This document shows positions 1 to 13,480 of a stretch of DNA of 64,000 bases, piece by piece. A program made the position numbers and the translations under genes. Each line of letters opens with the position of its first letter. The first letter of the stretch is position 1. Origin of the DNA: Psilocybe cubensis (Eukaryota); the NCBI GenBank assembly GCA_017499595.2, contig CM039000.1, positions 1,178,001-1,242,000 on the forward strand, given 5' to 3'. Under the pieces are notes generated by a model, which saw only the letters and a list, made by a program, of their open reading frames with translations, was not told the origin of the DNA and ran no database searches.

Positions 1-38
1 AGGCGGTCCTCTGAACGAAAAAGTCTTAACGACCCCAC

Positions 39-586
39 TCACACAGCTGCTTCAACTTCTGCAATCTCTACTTCACTGGTGTCTGGGTGAGATATGGATT
101 TTTGAGACGCAAGTTGACGAGAATATAGACGTTGACGACGAGATGAAAGTTGATTGTCTTGTGTTCGAGTCCATCTTCTACGCGTAAAGCTATTAAAATA
201 TTCGGCAATGGGCCAATTGTCTTCATAGTCCTTGAGGGCAGGATCCAAATTGAGCATCTATAGAGACAAAAGAAATAAATATGCTAGGAGACATGGTGAA
301 AGCACAAGCAGGTTAACATACCACAGCAACCACTTTTTCCCATGCATCGGTGTCTTGCTCTAGATGTGGTTTTGAACTATCGAGAGATTTTGCAAGTTTT
401 CGAACACGCGCCTGCAGTCGAAGTACGTAGTTAATAATGAAAATACAAAAAATCGACCATAAAAGTTTCAACCTTGAAGATATAGAATTTAGATGGGGAG
501 TGAGTTTTCTTCATTTCCTCCTGCAGAACTTTGAGGGAAGTCCTATATAAAGTTTTCCTAGGCCTTTTGATTTTTGCAATCTCCAT
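39..586 (-). CDS. Small lineage-specific hypothetical protein (3 exons; 5' end uncertain)
   Basis: Spliced reading MEIAKIKRPRKTLYRTSLKVLQEEMKKTHSPSKFYIFK / ARVRKLAKSLDSSKPHLEQDTDAWEKVVAV / MLNLDPALKDYEDNWPIAEYF... with GT-AG introns. No family recognised. Confidence 0.4.
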
Positions 587-1009
587 ACAGTGCTATTGGT
601 ATGTCTAAATATGATTGAGGGGGTGAGGTCGAGTTGATTGTGGTCTATGAGTGAATCTAGAAATTTGATTGAAGGTCTGGGTAGTGACGGCAGTTGGACG
701 GCAGCCTCAACAAGGTTTCGGCAAGTGCTTTGCTTCATCGCCATTTCCCGCAGTTTTGCTGATTCTTGTATAGATGCCCTTCATGGGATTATTCACCATA
801 AGATAACATGAATAAATCTAGTGAATGTTGCATCATGATCTGCACAGTGCTAGGTATGAATATACTAGTGTAATAACCTAATCTTTCAAATATGAATTGC
901 GACCAGAGACGTGGACTACCTATCTCCCCACCTTTGAAGCTTGAAAGTCAAAGGTAAAAAAATGGTGAAAATAGTTCCCCTCGTGGATGAATGCAGGAAG
1001 TTTGCATCA

Positions 1010-2606
1010 CTATGTCTGAAAATGAAATATACCTCGATCAATGTCGAATGCGATTTGTAACAAAAACTTTTGAAAATCTCCCAGTCGGCTTAGCATGGGT
1101 GAGTTCAGTACCACTTCACGATCGACTTTATCCTCAAATGGAACCTCGGGGAATGTGATTCCGAAGGCTGGAGGGGATGTCCTAGGCGACGCCGACGACG
1201 AAGGCGCAGCCATGGTCTTGCGCAACAATGTAAAATGCTCTTCGGATTTGAACCCTAGATGGACCAGAACGGGGATGAGCTCACCCATATTTTGATGGTG
1301 CATATACGCATGGATTGTATGGCAAGCGCGGTTGATGCGAACGGGTAGGTGGTTCTCGCGACGAGTTTCCGGGAGTGAATCAGAGGATTTTGGGCAAGGA
1401 ATTTGTTCAATCGTTGGCAGCATCGTCGGCGTGAGTGCCCTGGGTGGAGTGATTGAGGTTGACATTTGTGAAAGCGAAGGATCTGAGTCTCGTAAAAGAT
1501 CCACCAAGCGAGAATGTGTAAGATCCACTTTGCGCAGTAACGTTCTCAAAACCTTTTTCGACTAATGCATTGAACCAGAAGCATGTTAACGCTTTGGTAT
1601 CAAATTGTCAGGAAAGAAACAACTTACAAACATGTCTGCAAATATGGCTGACTCTTCCTCCTTTGTGTAGGTGGGGGTTATGGCCGGGACAGTGCTGTAA
1701 AACCATAGTAGATAAATCCTAATAGGCCAATAGTTTGTGTATTTCTCAAAATGTCCAGGAACGACGGAGCATATCTAGTAGAGGTACTAATGATTTAATG
1801 AGTTGCAGGTCGTGAATGACATTATTTACCGATGCAATAATCTTTTCAAGCGCGGCTGCGTCCGGTTCAGGGTGGCAGAAGTGATTACACGATTTGTCGA
1901 CGAGAGCATCCTGTGCGGTCAGGCAGCAAACGTTAAAGCATTGACAGTGTATTAAGATAAAAAAATTACACACCATGAGACTTCCAAATAGCGCATCATC
2001 TTCATCGTCGTCCAATTGCATTGCATACTGGAGACTCACTCTAAAATCAAAATAGCCGTAGTTGATGAATTTGGTTTCGTCCTTGGAAGCTGGAGCGGAT
2101 ATATGCAGCAATTCGTCCAAGCCAGAAGTTGAAGTGAAAATATCTGCAGAGACGTTTCCATTCATGAACAAGCGTAACAGTCGCCACTTTGTACAGACAT
2201 CCATTTTGGTCGCAGGGACATGATCAACAAAAAAAGCTTCAAGAGTCGACCTCTTCATCCTCAGTATGAGGTCGAGATGTTGATCAAAGCGGACTCCAAT
2301 CATCGCCAGAGCAGCGAGTAGTTCTTCGTCCTTTACAAATTCACGTAAACGACCATTATAGACAGGATCAGCAATACATGAGGTGTCGCATTGAATGCAC
2401 GATACGATGACTGGTGCTGTTGTGACATTCTGAGGAATGAGTGGTGGTGATGTTGTAGAAAGGCTGGGATGAGCCCTTTTCGTTGTGCTTCTAGCGGCGA
2501 AGGCGGCATCGCTGGAGCTGCGCCGATTTTGTAAGTCAGACTGGGATTGGTCGACCAGTGATGATGCTCCAGACGATTGCGGATTGTTGGTGCTGGAAGA
2601 TGTCAT
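1010..2606 (-). CDS. Hypothetical multi-exon protein
   Basis: Two long same-strand ORFs (1746-2606, 1010-1549) separated by intron-like segments. S/T-rich N-terminus, no recognisable domain. Confidence 0.5.
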
Positions 2607-3391
2607 TCGAAATTAGGGCCCGAGGTACATTCATCAACGAAATCGATGACTGACCTATATGTACGTACAGCTACAATTTCAACTTCGCTGCTATCATCGC
2701 GAGATGGGCCCCCTTTGCTAACATATTTTTCTCGATTCTTTCGCTTTCTGCACCTTTCCATGGTGTAGGTATCAAAATACTCTTGTATGGGCCAATGATC
2801 CTCGTAAAGGTCAAGAGACGGATGTAAGGAGAGTATCTACGCATCCGCAAGAAGAGGTCACTGAAAATTGAAGAACAAAAGCAAAAGGACCCACCTTATC
2901 CACAAAAGTCGCCCATTTTACGGGGTTTTGTTTACTTCGCATTGTAAAAGCGTCCAAATCCTGTGAGTTCAACCTAACATCTCGCTGAACAATGAGAAAT
3001 AATCAGTATGCAAACGACGTATAATGAACTCCAGTACTTTAAATCGGTTGAAAGACATTTGGGTCGGATGGGTTTTCAACATCGCGTTTTGCAATATGAG
3101 ACGGGCTCGAATACACAAACGTTTCCAAGGTTTCTTAATTTTTGAAGTCATTTTGAGAAGTTTGAGAAATCAATGGTTGACACAAGGCTGAGTGTGCTCT
3201 TTATAACCAGTAGGGCACAACGATATAGTTAGCCTATCATTGGCATAAAGGCCAAGGTTTGATTCGTATCCCGACTTTCATACAAGCTTTTAAGATTCTC
3301 AGCATCGTGTTGATCATATGAGTCAATAAATCGTTACATGCCGAAACTTGTCGTTTCCGATTTCAAAAAGAATCGTTCGAAGCTCTACATC

Positions 3392-4352
3392 TCAACAAAA
3401 TCTGTCGCTACAAAGGAAGTCAGGACAAGATAATTCTCCGAGTGTTCACAAGAAAATACCTTTTCAGCTTTGCCCGACGATCAAGCATAGCCTCTGCTAA
3501 GCGACCCTCCTTCCGAGCTTTTTTCAGCTCCTTCTTGTCTTCTGAAGAAACCACGGAGCGTCCAGCGCCCCATGCTTGGAATTGACGGCTGTGGATGCAA
3601 CGTGAGCACAATGCTATATTACAGAAGCGTTGCTCAGGGACTTACTTAACATTTGTCTCATCAATACCGACTGACGACATCTGCCCGTCCTTCTTCTTCT
3701 TCTCCTCTTCATGGGCCTCCTTTTGATACTTGTACTGCACCTTTACCCAGAAGCGTTCAGCGAAGCCTACTTCCTCACTGTCACCGCGTAGGTTGAGAAC
3801 ACCACCAGCTGCCTCATGAACACTCAGATACTTCTCATAAACATTCATGAAAGCGACCATTCCATCTGGTAAGACTACTGGTGTCCACTCCTCTTGAGGA
3901 CCACGAGCATCGCGGTCTGCAGAGACAATGCCATGCGCATCACACGAGAGAAATTTCCCTTCCCCTGTACCGGTACGGAGGTTTATGGTCGCTGAGCCCG
4001 CTACACGAGTGATTACCCAGACCTGAGCAACATCTGTCGGCGTGCGGTCAAGGAGCTTGACAGGTTCTGCTGTTTCTTCAGACTTGTCCTTGTCAAGGGA
4101 TTGTAGAGCAATTCGATTTGTTGTAGAATTAAAATTGATAGATATCGGGGAAGGATCTGATGGATGCACAATAAATGTCGGCCCACGAAGCTCGTTCACA
4201 GATTCTGGCAAGACCCAAGTCTCAGGATCTTTGTCGTCTGCCTTCCGCTTTGAACTTCCAACCCTCTCGTCACCATCCTCACGCTTTCTCTTCTTCTTCG
4301 TCTTCTCTCCTTTGAATTTGAGCTTCGTAGAGCGGATAGCTTGGTCGGGCAT
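3392..4352 (-). CDS. FRG1: FRG1-like protein (fascin-like domain)
   Basis: N-terminal KLKFKGEKTKKKRK, GKFLSCDAHGIVSADRDARGPQEEW, and C-terminal exons LKKARKEGRLAEAMLDRRAKLK / SDRFC* typical of FRG1. Confidence 0.9.
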
Positions 4353-4515
4353 AGAGGTAGTAGTGAATTGAGGAACAGTGACGCATGAACTTGACGCGAG
4401 CGAAGGAGAGAGTCACATGACTCAAATCTGGACCGTGGGAAGGATCTCCCCAAGCAGCCTCACCAACGTCCTCCCTCATCGACCCCGCCGACCTCAAGAC
4501 ACCCCCTCCGACAAA

Positions 4516-5247
4516 ATGAAGTTCAACGCCGGTGCGTATCGTCTGCTATGCGTCCAGGGAGAACCCATGGCCGATCTCTGCGTGATTGGAGACTTTCCCG
4601 ACGAGATTTGAGCTGGATGGGATTTTGGACTTTTGGATGACGGTTTGGAACGCCGTTCTGACGAATTGCCTTGCAGACGTCTCCTCCTCGCGGCGCAAAT
4701 CGCGCAAGGCCCACTTCGCGGCCCCCTCCTCCATCCGCCGCAAGATCATGTCCTCGGCCCTCTCCAAGGAGCTCCGCGCCAAACACAACGTGAGCTATTG
4801 CTCATTCGGTTAGAAGGATCTTTGGAAAGTGACTCAAAATTTGCTGTTATCCAGGCTCGCTCCCTCCCCGTCCGCAAAGATGACGAAGTCCGCATTGTCC
4901 GAGGCAAATACAAGGGTCGTGAGGGCAAGGTTACACAGGTGTACCGCAAGAAGTGGGTTATCCACGTCGACCGTGTCCAGCGCGACAAGTCAAATGGTGC
5001 CACTGCCCCCATTGGAATCCACCCCAGCAACGTCGTCATCACCACCATCAAGCTCGACAATGACCGGTGCGTTCTTGTATAGTGGGAATATCACGATTCA
5101 AAAATCTCATATGCTTTATGGTTTAGACGGGCTATCTTGGAGAGGAAGAACCGCAAGGCTGCTGCGTCTGCTGACGTCGAGATGGTCGAGGTGCGTAGCA
5201 ATACTCTCATTATTCAAGATCCGTATATCTAATATCATCTTCAGTAA
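4516..5247 (+). CDS. RPL26: 60S ribosomal protein L26 (uL24)
   Basis: [39 protein letters not shown]...[25 protein letters not shown]...[10 protein letters not shown]. Four introns; the last exon supplies only TAA (5245-5247). Confidence 0.97.
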
Positions 5248-5485
5248 ATCGATTCATTTTTTTGTTCGTTGGGTGACGCTGTCTTCATATCATAAAATGA
5301 CAACTTGTGCATATGCCTACATTTTCTGCAATGCTACATGTCCATGCTTTCCACTCCCATATGCTGTAAGCCATTAATTTCATTATGTGACATTAGGAAC
5401 TGCGGAAGCGGGGGGAACATGTTGTACCATAAGAGACTACCAAATCCATTGCGTTTGAGAACGTCCGAAAAAGTGATGATTTGAG

Positions 5486-6548
5486 TTAGAAGATAACATC
5501 AGCGTCTTTCCCGCTCAGCAAATCTGTGCTCTCTTCATCATCAACTCCTACCGAAGGCTCTACCGCTGCCGGTGTCTGGCCATTGTTTTTCTGGTCCAAG
5601 GCTTCTGTTTCCCTGATGGTTTCTCGGGTAGCTGCATCTCGTTTCTTCTTCCCTTGGACCTTTTTCAGTCTGGATCAAATTTTGTTAATCTTCTCGTCAG
5701 CGAGAGACTTGATAGAATCGCACCTAAAGAATTCCTCTCTGTCCATTTCATCCAACTCGCTCATAATATACTTGATGGTATTGTCCAGTCGAGGCATGAT
5801 GACATGTTCGATTGCGTTGACCCTACGATTCGTTGCCCGAATGACTTCATCCAAGATGGTGAAAGCAGTTTGCAGCGAAGCGAGCTCCACCAGAGTTTCA
5901 ATCGCCTTCGCATACACCTCTTTCGCCTTGATAATCTGCTGTCCTCCTCTCCCCAACCCAGTAAGATTGAAATCTACACACACAAAAAAAAGTGACGTCG
6001 GTGTATTAGAAAAAATATGACTGATAATAGTAAGGCTAAAATAAAATGGTTAAAGAGCGCACCTGAGCCGGAAACACGTTCCACTTCGAACGCGGGCAGG
6101 ATGACGCCGGATACGTTGTCCTGCTTTGCTTTGACGCGGAATGTGGCTTGTTTGGCTTGTTCTTGGACGAGATAGGCGATGTCGCCCGTCGCATATGTCA
6201 CCTCCGCCATCGAGAACGAGGCCACTTGCATCACCTTGCCCATCTTCCTCTTCGCCTAATGCTGAACTCATCAGCTACAAAACTCAACAGAACGCGCGAA
6301 CGGGGGGTGAGGCAGGTAGACAAAAAGGAAAATAAAAAAGGATGGATGGAAGGATGGAATGTAGTCAATGTTGCACGTATACGTACCTCATCGACCTTCT
6401 TCAGGATGGTGCGGAATCGAGTCGTCAGTGCGTCCCGCTTCTTCGCGAGTAGGGAGTGTCCGGTCTGCGCCCCTTTCAGCCGCAGCTTGGTGTTGGTGAG
6501 GGCCATGCGCGTGGCGAACACATTCTCGCGGGCTCCTGCGCCAGACAT
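5486..6548 (-). CDS. VMA8: V-type ATPase subunit D
   Basis: [67 protein letters not shown]...DREEFFR; ends DADVIF*. Confidence 0.96.
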
Positions 6549-6675
6549 GGTGGTTGCGGATGTAGATGCGAACCGTGATAGGGTGACCCGGATACCAGAG
6601 AGGAGCGGTAAAGGGAACACAAACTGGGACGATAAAGCGTTGCATGAGACCTGTGAATATTAAACACTTCCATCC

Positions 6676-6748
6676 GGGGGCATAGCTCAGTTGGGAGAGC
6701 AGTAGACTGAAGTTCTAAAGGTCCCGCGTTCGATCCGCGGTGCCCCCA
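6676..6748 (+). tRNA. tRNA-Phe(GAA), intronless (copy 1)
   Basis: Acceptor stem GGGGGCA/TGCCCCC, D-arm GCTC/GAGC, anticodon loop CTGAAGT, T-loop TTCGATC, followed by a TTTTT Pol III terminator. Confidence 0.97.
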
Positions 6749-6893
6749 TCTTTTTGCATTTATTTCCGTTGCGCAGAATTTTTACAAAAGCTAACTTTAC
6801 AACCATATACATCACTGGATTTTCACAACTCTTATGTTCAGAGAAACTCTTTTCATTACAGGGTAATCACATTATCTATAATAGATACAATGT

Positions 6894-8236
6894 CTATGCT
6901 ATCGTGTACTTTCCGTAGTTTTTCTCCGGATCGAATACCTGGTTAAAGTATTAGACAAAGAGGTATGTAGGCAAGGGTGATTAACTCACCTCCCAGCGCG
7001 ACGCAGGGAAAATATGTTTATTCCTTTGGTAATAGCTTCGCTCGACGACCTTGCCGGCGTGCGATTCGTCCTTTTCCTTTGTCGCGTCAGCCAGTAGACG
7101 CACGTCGTCGTGGACGTCAAAGTTGAATAAAGGACCTGATTTGCCACGGGCTTTGTTGACGATGAAGTCGTAGAATGTGTAGTGCTGAAGAGGATGGGAG
7201 GTTAGAATGTGTGTGATACATGATTGGGTTGTGGGATGTTACGAACGTGTGGTATGATTAGGTCCTCCTGCGGTTTTTTAGATATAGTATTGGGGATGTG
7301 AGAGAGTTAGAGCTTACCTTTACATACATAAGATTGTCGACGCTTACGCCACGAAGTTCTGGGAATTGGGCGCGGCATTTCTCGAGGAAGGTTGCGATAT
7401 CGTCGCCCTTCTTGCACTGTTGACAATTTCAATTTAGACTACCCATAGAAGACGCAACAACAGCATCATCAAAAAAAAAAAAAAAAAAAAAACGCACCTG
7501 GACACTCTTCCTATGCCCGCTTCCGTCCCAGTATGAGTACACAATCTCGATATCCTCTTTCTTCATTGCGTCCTGCTTCGCGAGCCATTCGAGACGCAGC
7601 CGCTCGCGTTCTTTGCGCTCGGCTTCTTCGCGTTCGCGGTCTGGGAGGAAGGATGTGTCGACGTTTGGGTTCTTTTTCAGTCTGCTGCGTTTAGGGGCGG
7701 GTTGGTCGGCGGTGTCGTCCTGGGCTTCGTCGCTGTTCGCCTTGGGCTCGCCGGACACGTCCTCGCCCTCCTCGTCGTCCATGGCGAAAGATAACTTTGA
7801 CTTGGCGGTTTTCTTGCGCTTCTTCGCTTTCTTTGCTTCATCTCTAAACAGATCCTCCACATCCTATAAGCCATCCATCCTTTCTTCACATAGAGGTATA
7901 AAAGGGAGGGGAGGGAGGAAGGGAAAGGGGAAGGGGATAAAGTATAACGGGGAAAACATACTTGAGGTCATTCGATTTGGCCGCCTCGCGCGCCTTGGCC
8001 TCTTCAAGCTCCTTGCGCATCTGCTGAAAATCCTCGAGCTTGACGAGGCCGACGGTGCTGTTCTTGAGTGTATCCTCCATCGAGTCGTTCTGCCCGACGA
8101 AGCGGTTGGCGGAGGGACGAGCCTTTTCGGTCTCGTTTATGAGCGACTGCTTTTGCCGCTCGTATTCCTCGCGCATTTGCATGCGCTGTTTGGCGAAGGC
8201 TTCTTCGCGCCAGTTGTCGGGTTTGTTTGTGGACAT
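6894..8236 (-). CDS. XAP5: XAP5/FAM50 family nuclear protein
   Basis: [60 protein letters not shown] and [13 protein letters not shown] motifs across exons. Confidence 0.93.
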
Positions 8237-8469
8237 GGTGGGTACTAGACCTGGAGGTGGGTTGGGATTTGGGATGTGGGTTGGGGGTGTGGATGGAGAT
8301 GGAGATGGAGATGGAAACAAAGTTGCTGTGCCCTCATGCCCGGTGCCGGCAGGTGCGAGCTGAGTTTTGTCGGAGGTTTAATTCTTGACCCTTTCCACAC
8401 CCGTGATCCTGGCCTTCCTTGAAATAATTTAACAACCCCGTCAACGTTGTCCGGCGTCGAGCGAGCGCA

Positions 8470-9065
8470 ATGGTGCATATCCTAGGCATCAACCTTCCAG
8501 ATAACCAGGTCGCCAGGGTAAGTCGTCCCGCACCACACCCTCTCTCCCCCAGCAAAAAAGTGGCCGTTTTTTTCTGACGCAAATGCACACCCGAACCTAG
8601 TTCGCCCTGACGAAGATATTCGGCGTCGGGCACCATACCGCGCACCGCATCTGCGCACGACTGCAAGTCCACGACCGATGCCGCGTGCGCGACCTCTCGC
8701 CGTTCCAAGTGACATCCCTCGCGTCGTTCCTGTCCTCACCTAGCACCGCCCCGGCACTCCCGCGCTACCCGCTCGCGCGCGCGGACTATGTGCCCCCCTC
8801 ACCCACGAGTGTGTCGACGCAGGAGCTCCAGGCGCGGTTCATGGAGCTGCATAAGGCGAAAGAGGCCAAGGCTAGCTCGGACCCGTTGAGGAATTTGAGG
8901 ATCGAGTCGGAGTTGAGGAGGGAGATTAGGGAGAATATTGGGCATCAGAGGATGATTGGGAGTTATGTGGGTAGGAGGCATGCGATGCATTTGCCGGTTA
9001 GGGGACAGAATACGCAGAATAATGCGAAGACGGCGAAGAAGCTCAATAGGCTCGACAGGTATTAG
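8470..9065 (+). CDS. SWS2: Mitochondrial ribosomal protein S13 (uS13m)
   Basis: MVHILGINLPDNQVAR / FALTKIFGVGHHTAHRICAR...IGSYVGRRHAMHLPVRGQNTQNNAKTA; one intron at 8518-8600. Confidence 0.93.
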
Positions 9066-9354
9066 TTGGTGGAGGAGGAGGAGGAGGTGGTGGTGGTGGT
9101 TTTTGGGTAGATGGTGCTTCGCTGTTGTGTGCTATTGCTATACTACAGGAATGCATAGACTCGCTGCATTCCCTCTTAATACTTTTCTCTCTCTCAAAAA
9201 GACTCTGTATATCGTTTGTAAAATTCGCAGAGAGAACTGCCGCCTCGGGCAAAATGTGAATCAGGGCCGTGACATCACGCGTTCTACCAGTACTGCATCT
9301 TTGCAACTTGATCGCAAACCACAACACAATCCCAACCCCAATACGCGAAGCTCA

Positions 9355-10305
<951 letters not shown>

Positions 10306-11068
10306 CTGGGGATTATACTGGAGTTTGCTGTTTGGAGTTTGGTGTTTGGTGTTTTGAGTTTGGGGATCGAGTGGAATTTGGATCGTTGGCATTTTTTTTT
10401 TGTACTAAATAATATAATTTCCTTCCAGTTCAGACGAGTTCAGATGCTGTTCCTTTTTTTTTATGTTTTACTATATGTTTTTGTTTTTTTGCATTTTGCA
10501 CACACCCTTCAACCACACCCACACACACATACAACACCTCGTGCAATTGTATTTGATTAAAAATGAATAACACTACATATACTTCATGGCTGTTCGTTTT
10601 TTCGCCTTTATGATTTTCTTGGATGAAGTGAATGAAGGAGTTGACTTGCGATCAAACTCAGTTCCAAGTGATCGACCTGGACCTGCTGCTGCTGCTGCCT
10701 AAATTAGACACCAAATTACTTTTCTCTTCTCTTCCTGCCTCCATCCCCTCCGCCCATCCATACCACCTGCTTACCACCTTCATCTCTTCATCTCTCCATC
10801 TCATTCTCTTTTTGGATTTTAGACCTGAGCGCGAGCTTCAGGACACACCACCACCACCAACTAAAATTTAGTAAAAAGTCTCTGTACTCGAATCTCGGTT
10901 TCGATTGTACACATCTGCAGACTACACCCTCCCCTCACACACTCACACACTTCGATTTTTCATTGATCACGCGAAAAAGAAAAGACAGTACGAGTTGTAC
11001 TTGGATATTTGAACGGACGGGACACTTGGGAAAGGATAGAAAAGAAAGGGTAAACGTTAACGATAACG

Positions 11069-13343
11069 ATGTCACGACCGGAACTACAGGCGCCCCCAGA
11101 AATCGTGCGTGTCCTGTTTTTTTTGCCCTTGTGATGTTACCAACTATTGTATTTGTCTTTGCCCTGCCTGTTCTTACCTTGCACTTGTCTTTGCCATACC
11201 ATACCATATCCTCGTCCTCGTCCACATCCTCATCTTCATGTCGCTTTCTCTCTCCTTTACCGGCCACCATGACCCTCAACCTCTGCCGCTCACTCTGCAC
11301 TCTGCACTCTTCACTCTGCATTCGCTATCTTCCGTTCTGGCCCTGCTCGTGTGTGCGGCGATCGTCCTCGTCCTCGTCCTCGTCCTCGTGGCTCGTGTTC
11401 GTGGTGTAGTATTACGGCGATGCGGAAGCGAAGAAGTATACTTCCAAGTACGTTTTTCTATTTCGTATTTTCTTTGTGTGTTTTTTTTGGTTTTTTGGTT
11501 CCCTACTTTTTTTTTTGGGTGGGTTGGGTTGGGGTGGATGGGTTGGGTCTGAGGCTATGGCTGAAGCTGAGGCGAGTTTTGTACGTGGATGTGGATGTGG
11601 GCTTTGATGTTGTTTTTGGGATGGGATGGGTATGGTGTGGTGTGTTATGTGTTATATCGCGCCGTGAGGAGTGAGGATAGGATGAAGAAGATAGAGTGAT
11701 CTTTCTATCTCACTCTCGATCCTCGATCCACCCATCTATCTATCTATCTATCTACTCGATGCAAAACACCGTCCTTCCATCCACTCATCCACTCTTCCTC
11801 ACAGCACCCGCAACCAACAAATCCAAGCAGACATGACATACCGCGCCCTCGAACTCCTCAACCTCCCGCCCGGCCAACCCGCGTTCTTATTAGACATTGG
11901 ATGTGGCTCGGGCCTTTCGGGCGAGATTTTGGATGAGGAGGGGTATTTGTGGGCGGGGGTCGATGTTGCGCCTAGTATGTTGGGTGAGTTTTTTTTGTGG
12001 GTTTTGATTTTTTTGTGGTTTTTTTGTGGTGGTTTTTGGTGGTTTTTGGAGGTTTTTTGGGGGGGTTTTTTGGGGGTTTTTTGGAGGGGTGTTTTGGAGG
12101 GTTTTTGGAGGTTTTTTTGGAGGGGTGTTTTGTTTTGTGGGTTTTTTGGAGGGTGTTTTGGAGGGGTTTTTTGGAGGGTTTTTTGGAGGGTTTTTTTGGA
12201 GGGTTTTTTGGAGGATGCAAGAAGCAAGATGGAGTGTATAATTTTTATTTTTGACGCTCGAGTTCGAGATCTTGCCAATCTTTTCTCTCTTTCTTTCTTT
12301 CATTCTTTCCTTTCCTTTTTTTTGCTTACTTGTTTTTCGATTCTTTCCATCTCTGACGGATCTGATACTGATATATATATTTTTTTATCTTTTTTATTTT
12401 GATTTGGAACGAAAAGAGGTGGCGCTTGAGCGAGAAGTCGAAGGTGATCTGTTCCTGCAAGATATAGGACAAGGATTCGGGTTCAGACCTGGTAGCTTCG
12501 ACGGTGCAATCAGGTTCGTCCTCCCTCGCACTCACTCTAAAAAACCAAAACCAAAACCAAAACCAAAACCAACCAACCCCTCCCTCCCCCCTCTTTCCCT
12601 CTTCACACACACACACACACAGCATATCCGTAATCCAATGGCTCCTCAACGCCGAAACATCCCACCCAACCTCCTCACCCCCGCACCGCCTCCAGCGCTT
12701 CTTCACAACTCTCCACTCATCCCTCCGCTCGCCCTCCCGCGCGGTATTGCAATTTTACCCGAGCAGTGATGAGCAGGTGCAGATGATTGCGGGGGTGGCG
12801 CGGAAGGCGGGGTTTGGGGGCGGGGTGGTGGTTGATTATCCGAATTCGAGGAGGGCGAGGAAGGTGTTTTTGTGTTTGTTTGTTGGGGGTGGTGGGGGTG
12901 GGGGGAGTGGGAGTGGGCAGGGAGGGGGGAAAGGGGAGGAGGAGCTGCCGAAGGGCTTGGAGGGAGAGGAGGAGGAGAGTGCGCGGGTGAGGTTTGAGAG
13001 GAGACGTGAGAGGGAACGTGCAAAGGCGAAAGGAGGGAAGAGGAAGGCGGTTAAAGATCGTGATTGGATTTTGAAGAAGAAAGAGGTGGGTGCTTGTTTT
13101 CTTGGATTTTTCGTTTCTTTTTCTCGTTTCTTCGTTTGTTTTTTTGTTTTGTTTTTTTTTTTTTTGTTTTTGGCTTTTTTTGGCTTTTTTTTCCTAATGG
13201 TGTCTCTGACTGACTGATCATTTACTTTTTATCCCTCCCTCCTTTTTTTTCGGACGGGTGAATAGTTGTATAGGAGAAGAGGCAAAGAGGGCGTCCCGCA
13301 CGATTCAAAGTTCACAGGAAGGAAGCGCAAGTCGTTTTTCTGA
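11069..13343 (+). CDS. BUD23: 18S rRNA m7G methyltransferase Bud23/WBSCR22
   Basis: MSRPELQAPPEI / YYGDAEAKKYTS / LLDIGCGSGLSGEIL / DIGQGFGFRPGSFDGAIS / AVLQFYP...AGFGGGVVVDYPNS / DSKFTGRKRKSFF*. Introns are enlarged by repeats. Confidence 0.96.
11990..12213 (+). repeat. Degenerate (T4-6GGAGGG)n G/T minisatellite in BUD23 intron 3
   Basis: Repeated TTTTTGGAGGG-like units with essentially no C, inside intron 11984-12416. Confidence 0.9.
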
Positions 13344-13392
13344 GTATGAGATATGAGATCGCGTCGGGCGTCGCGAGTTGGGGTTTATACAT

Positions 13393-13480
13393 TGTCGCAG
13401 TGTCGCAGTATCGCAGTATCGCGGTGTCACAGTATCGCAGTATCGCAGTATCGCAGTATCGCAATATCGCAGTGTCGCAG
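13393..13480 (+). repeat. Octamer tandem repeat (TRTCGCAG)x11
   Basis: Eleven contiguous 8-nt units (tgtcgcag/tatcgcag with single variants), 50 nt after the BUD23 stop. Confidence 0.92.

Noticed and set aside
2760-3330. Possible transposon relic (also 30400-30600, 48500-48960, 55200-55450)
   Set aside because: Relic-like texture only; no termini, TSD or coding remnants could be identified without a genome-wide search.
11990-12213. Interstitial telomere
   Set aside because: The units are irregular T-runs plus GGAGGG rather than a regular TTAGGG-type repeat, and they lie inside a normal intron.
13393-13480. CRISPR-like array
   Set aside because: Contiguous 8-mers without spacers, in a eukaryotic locus with no cas genes.
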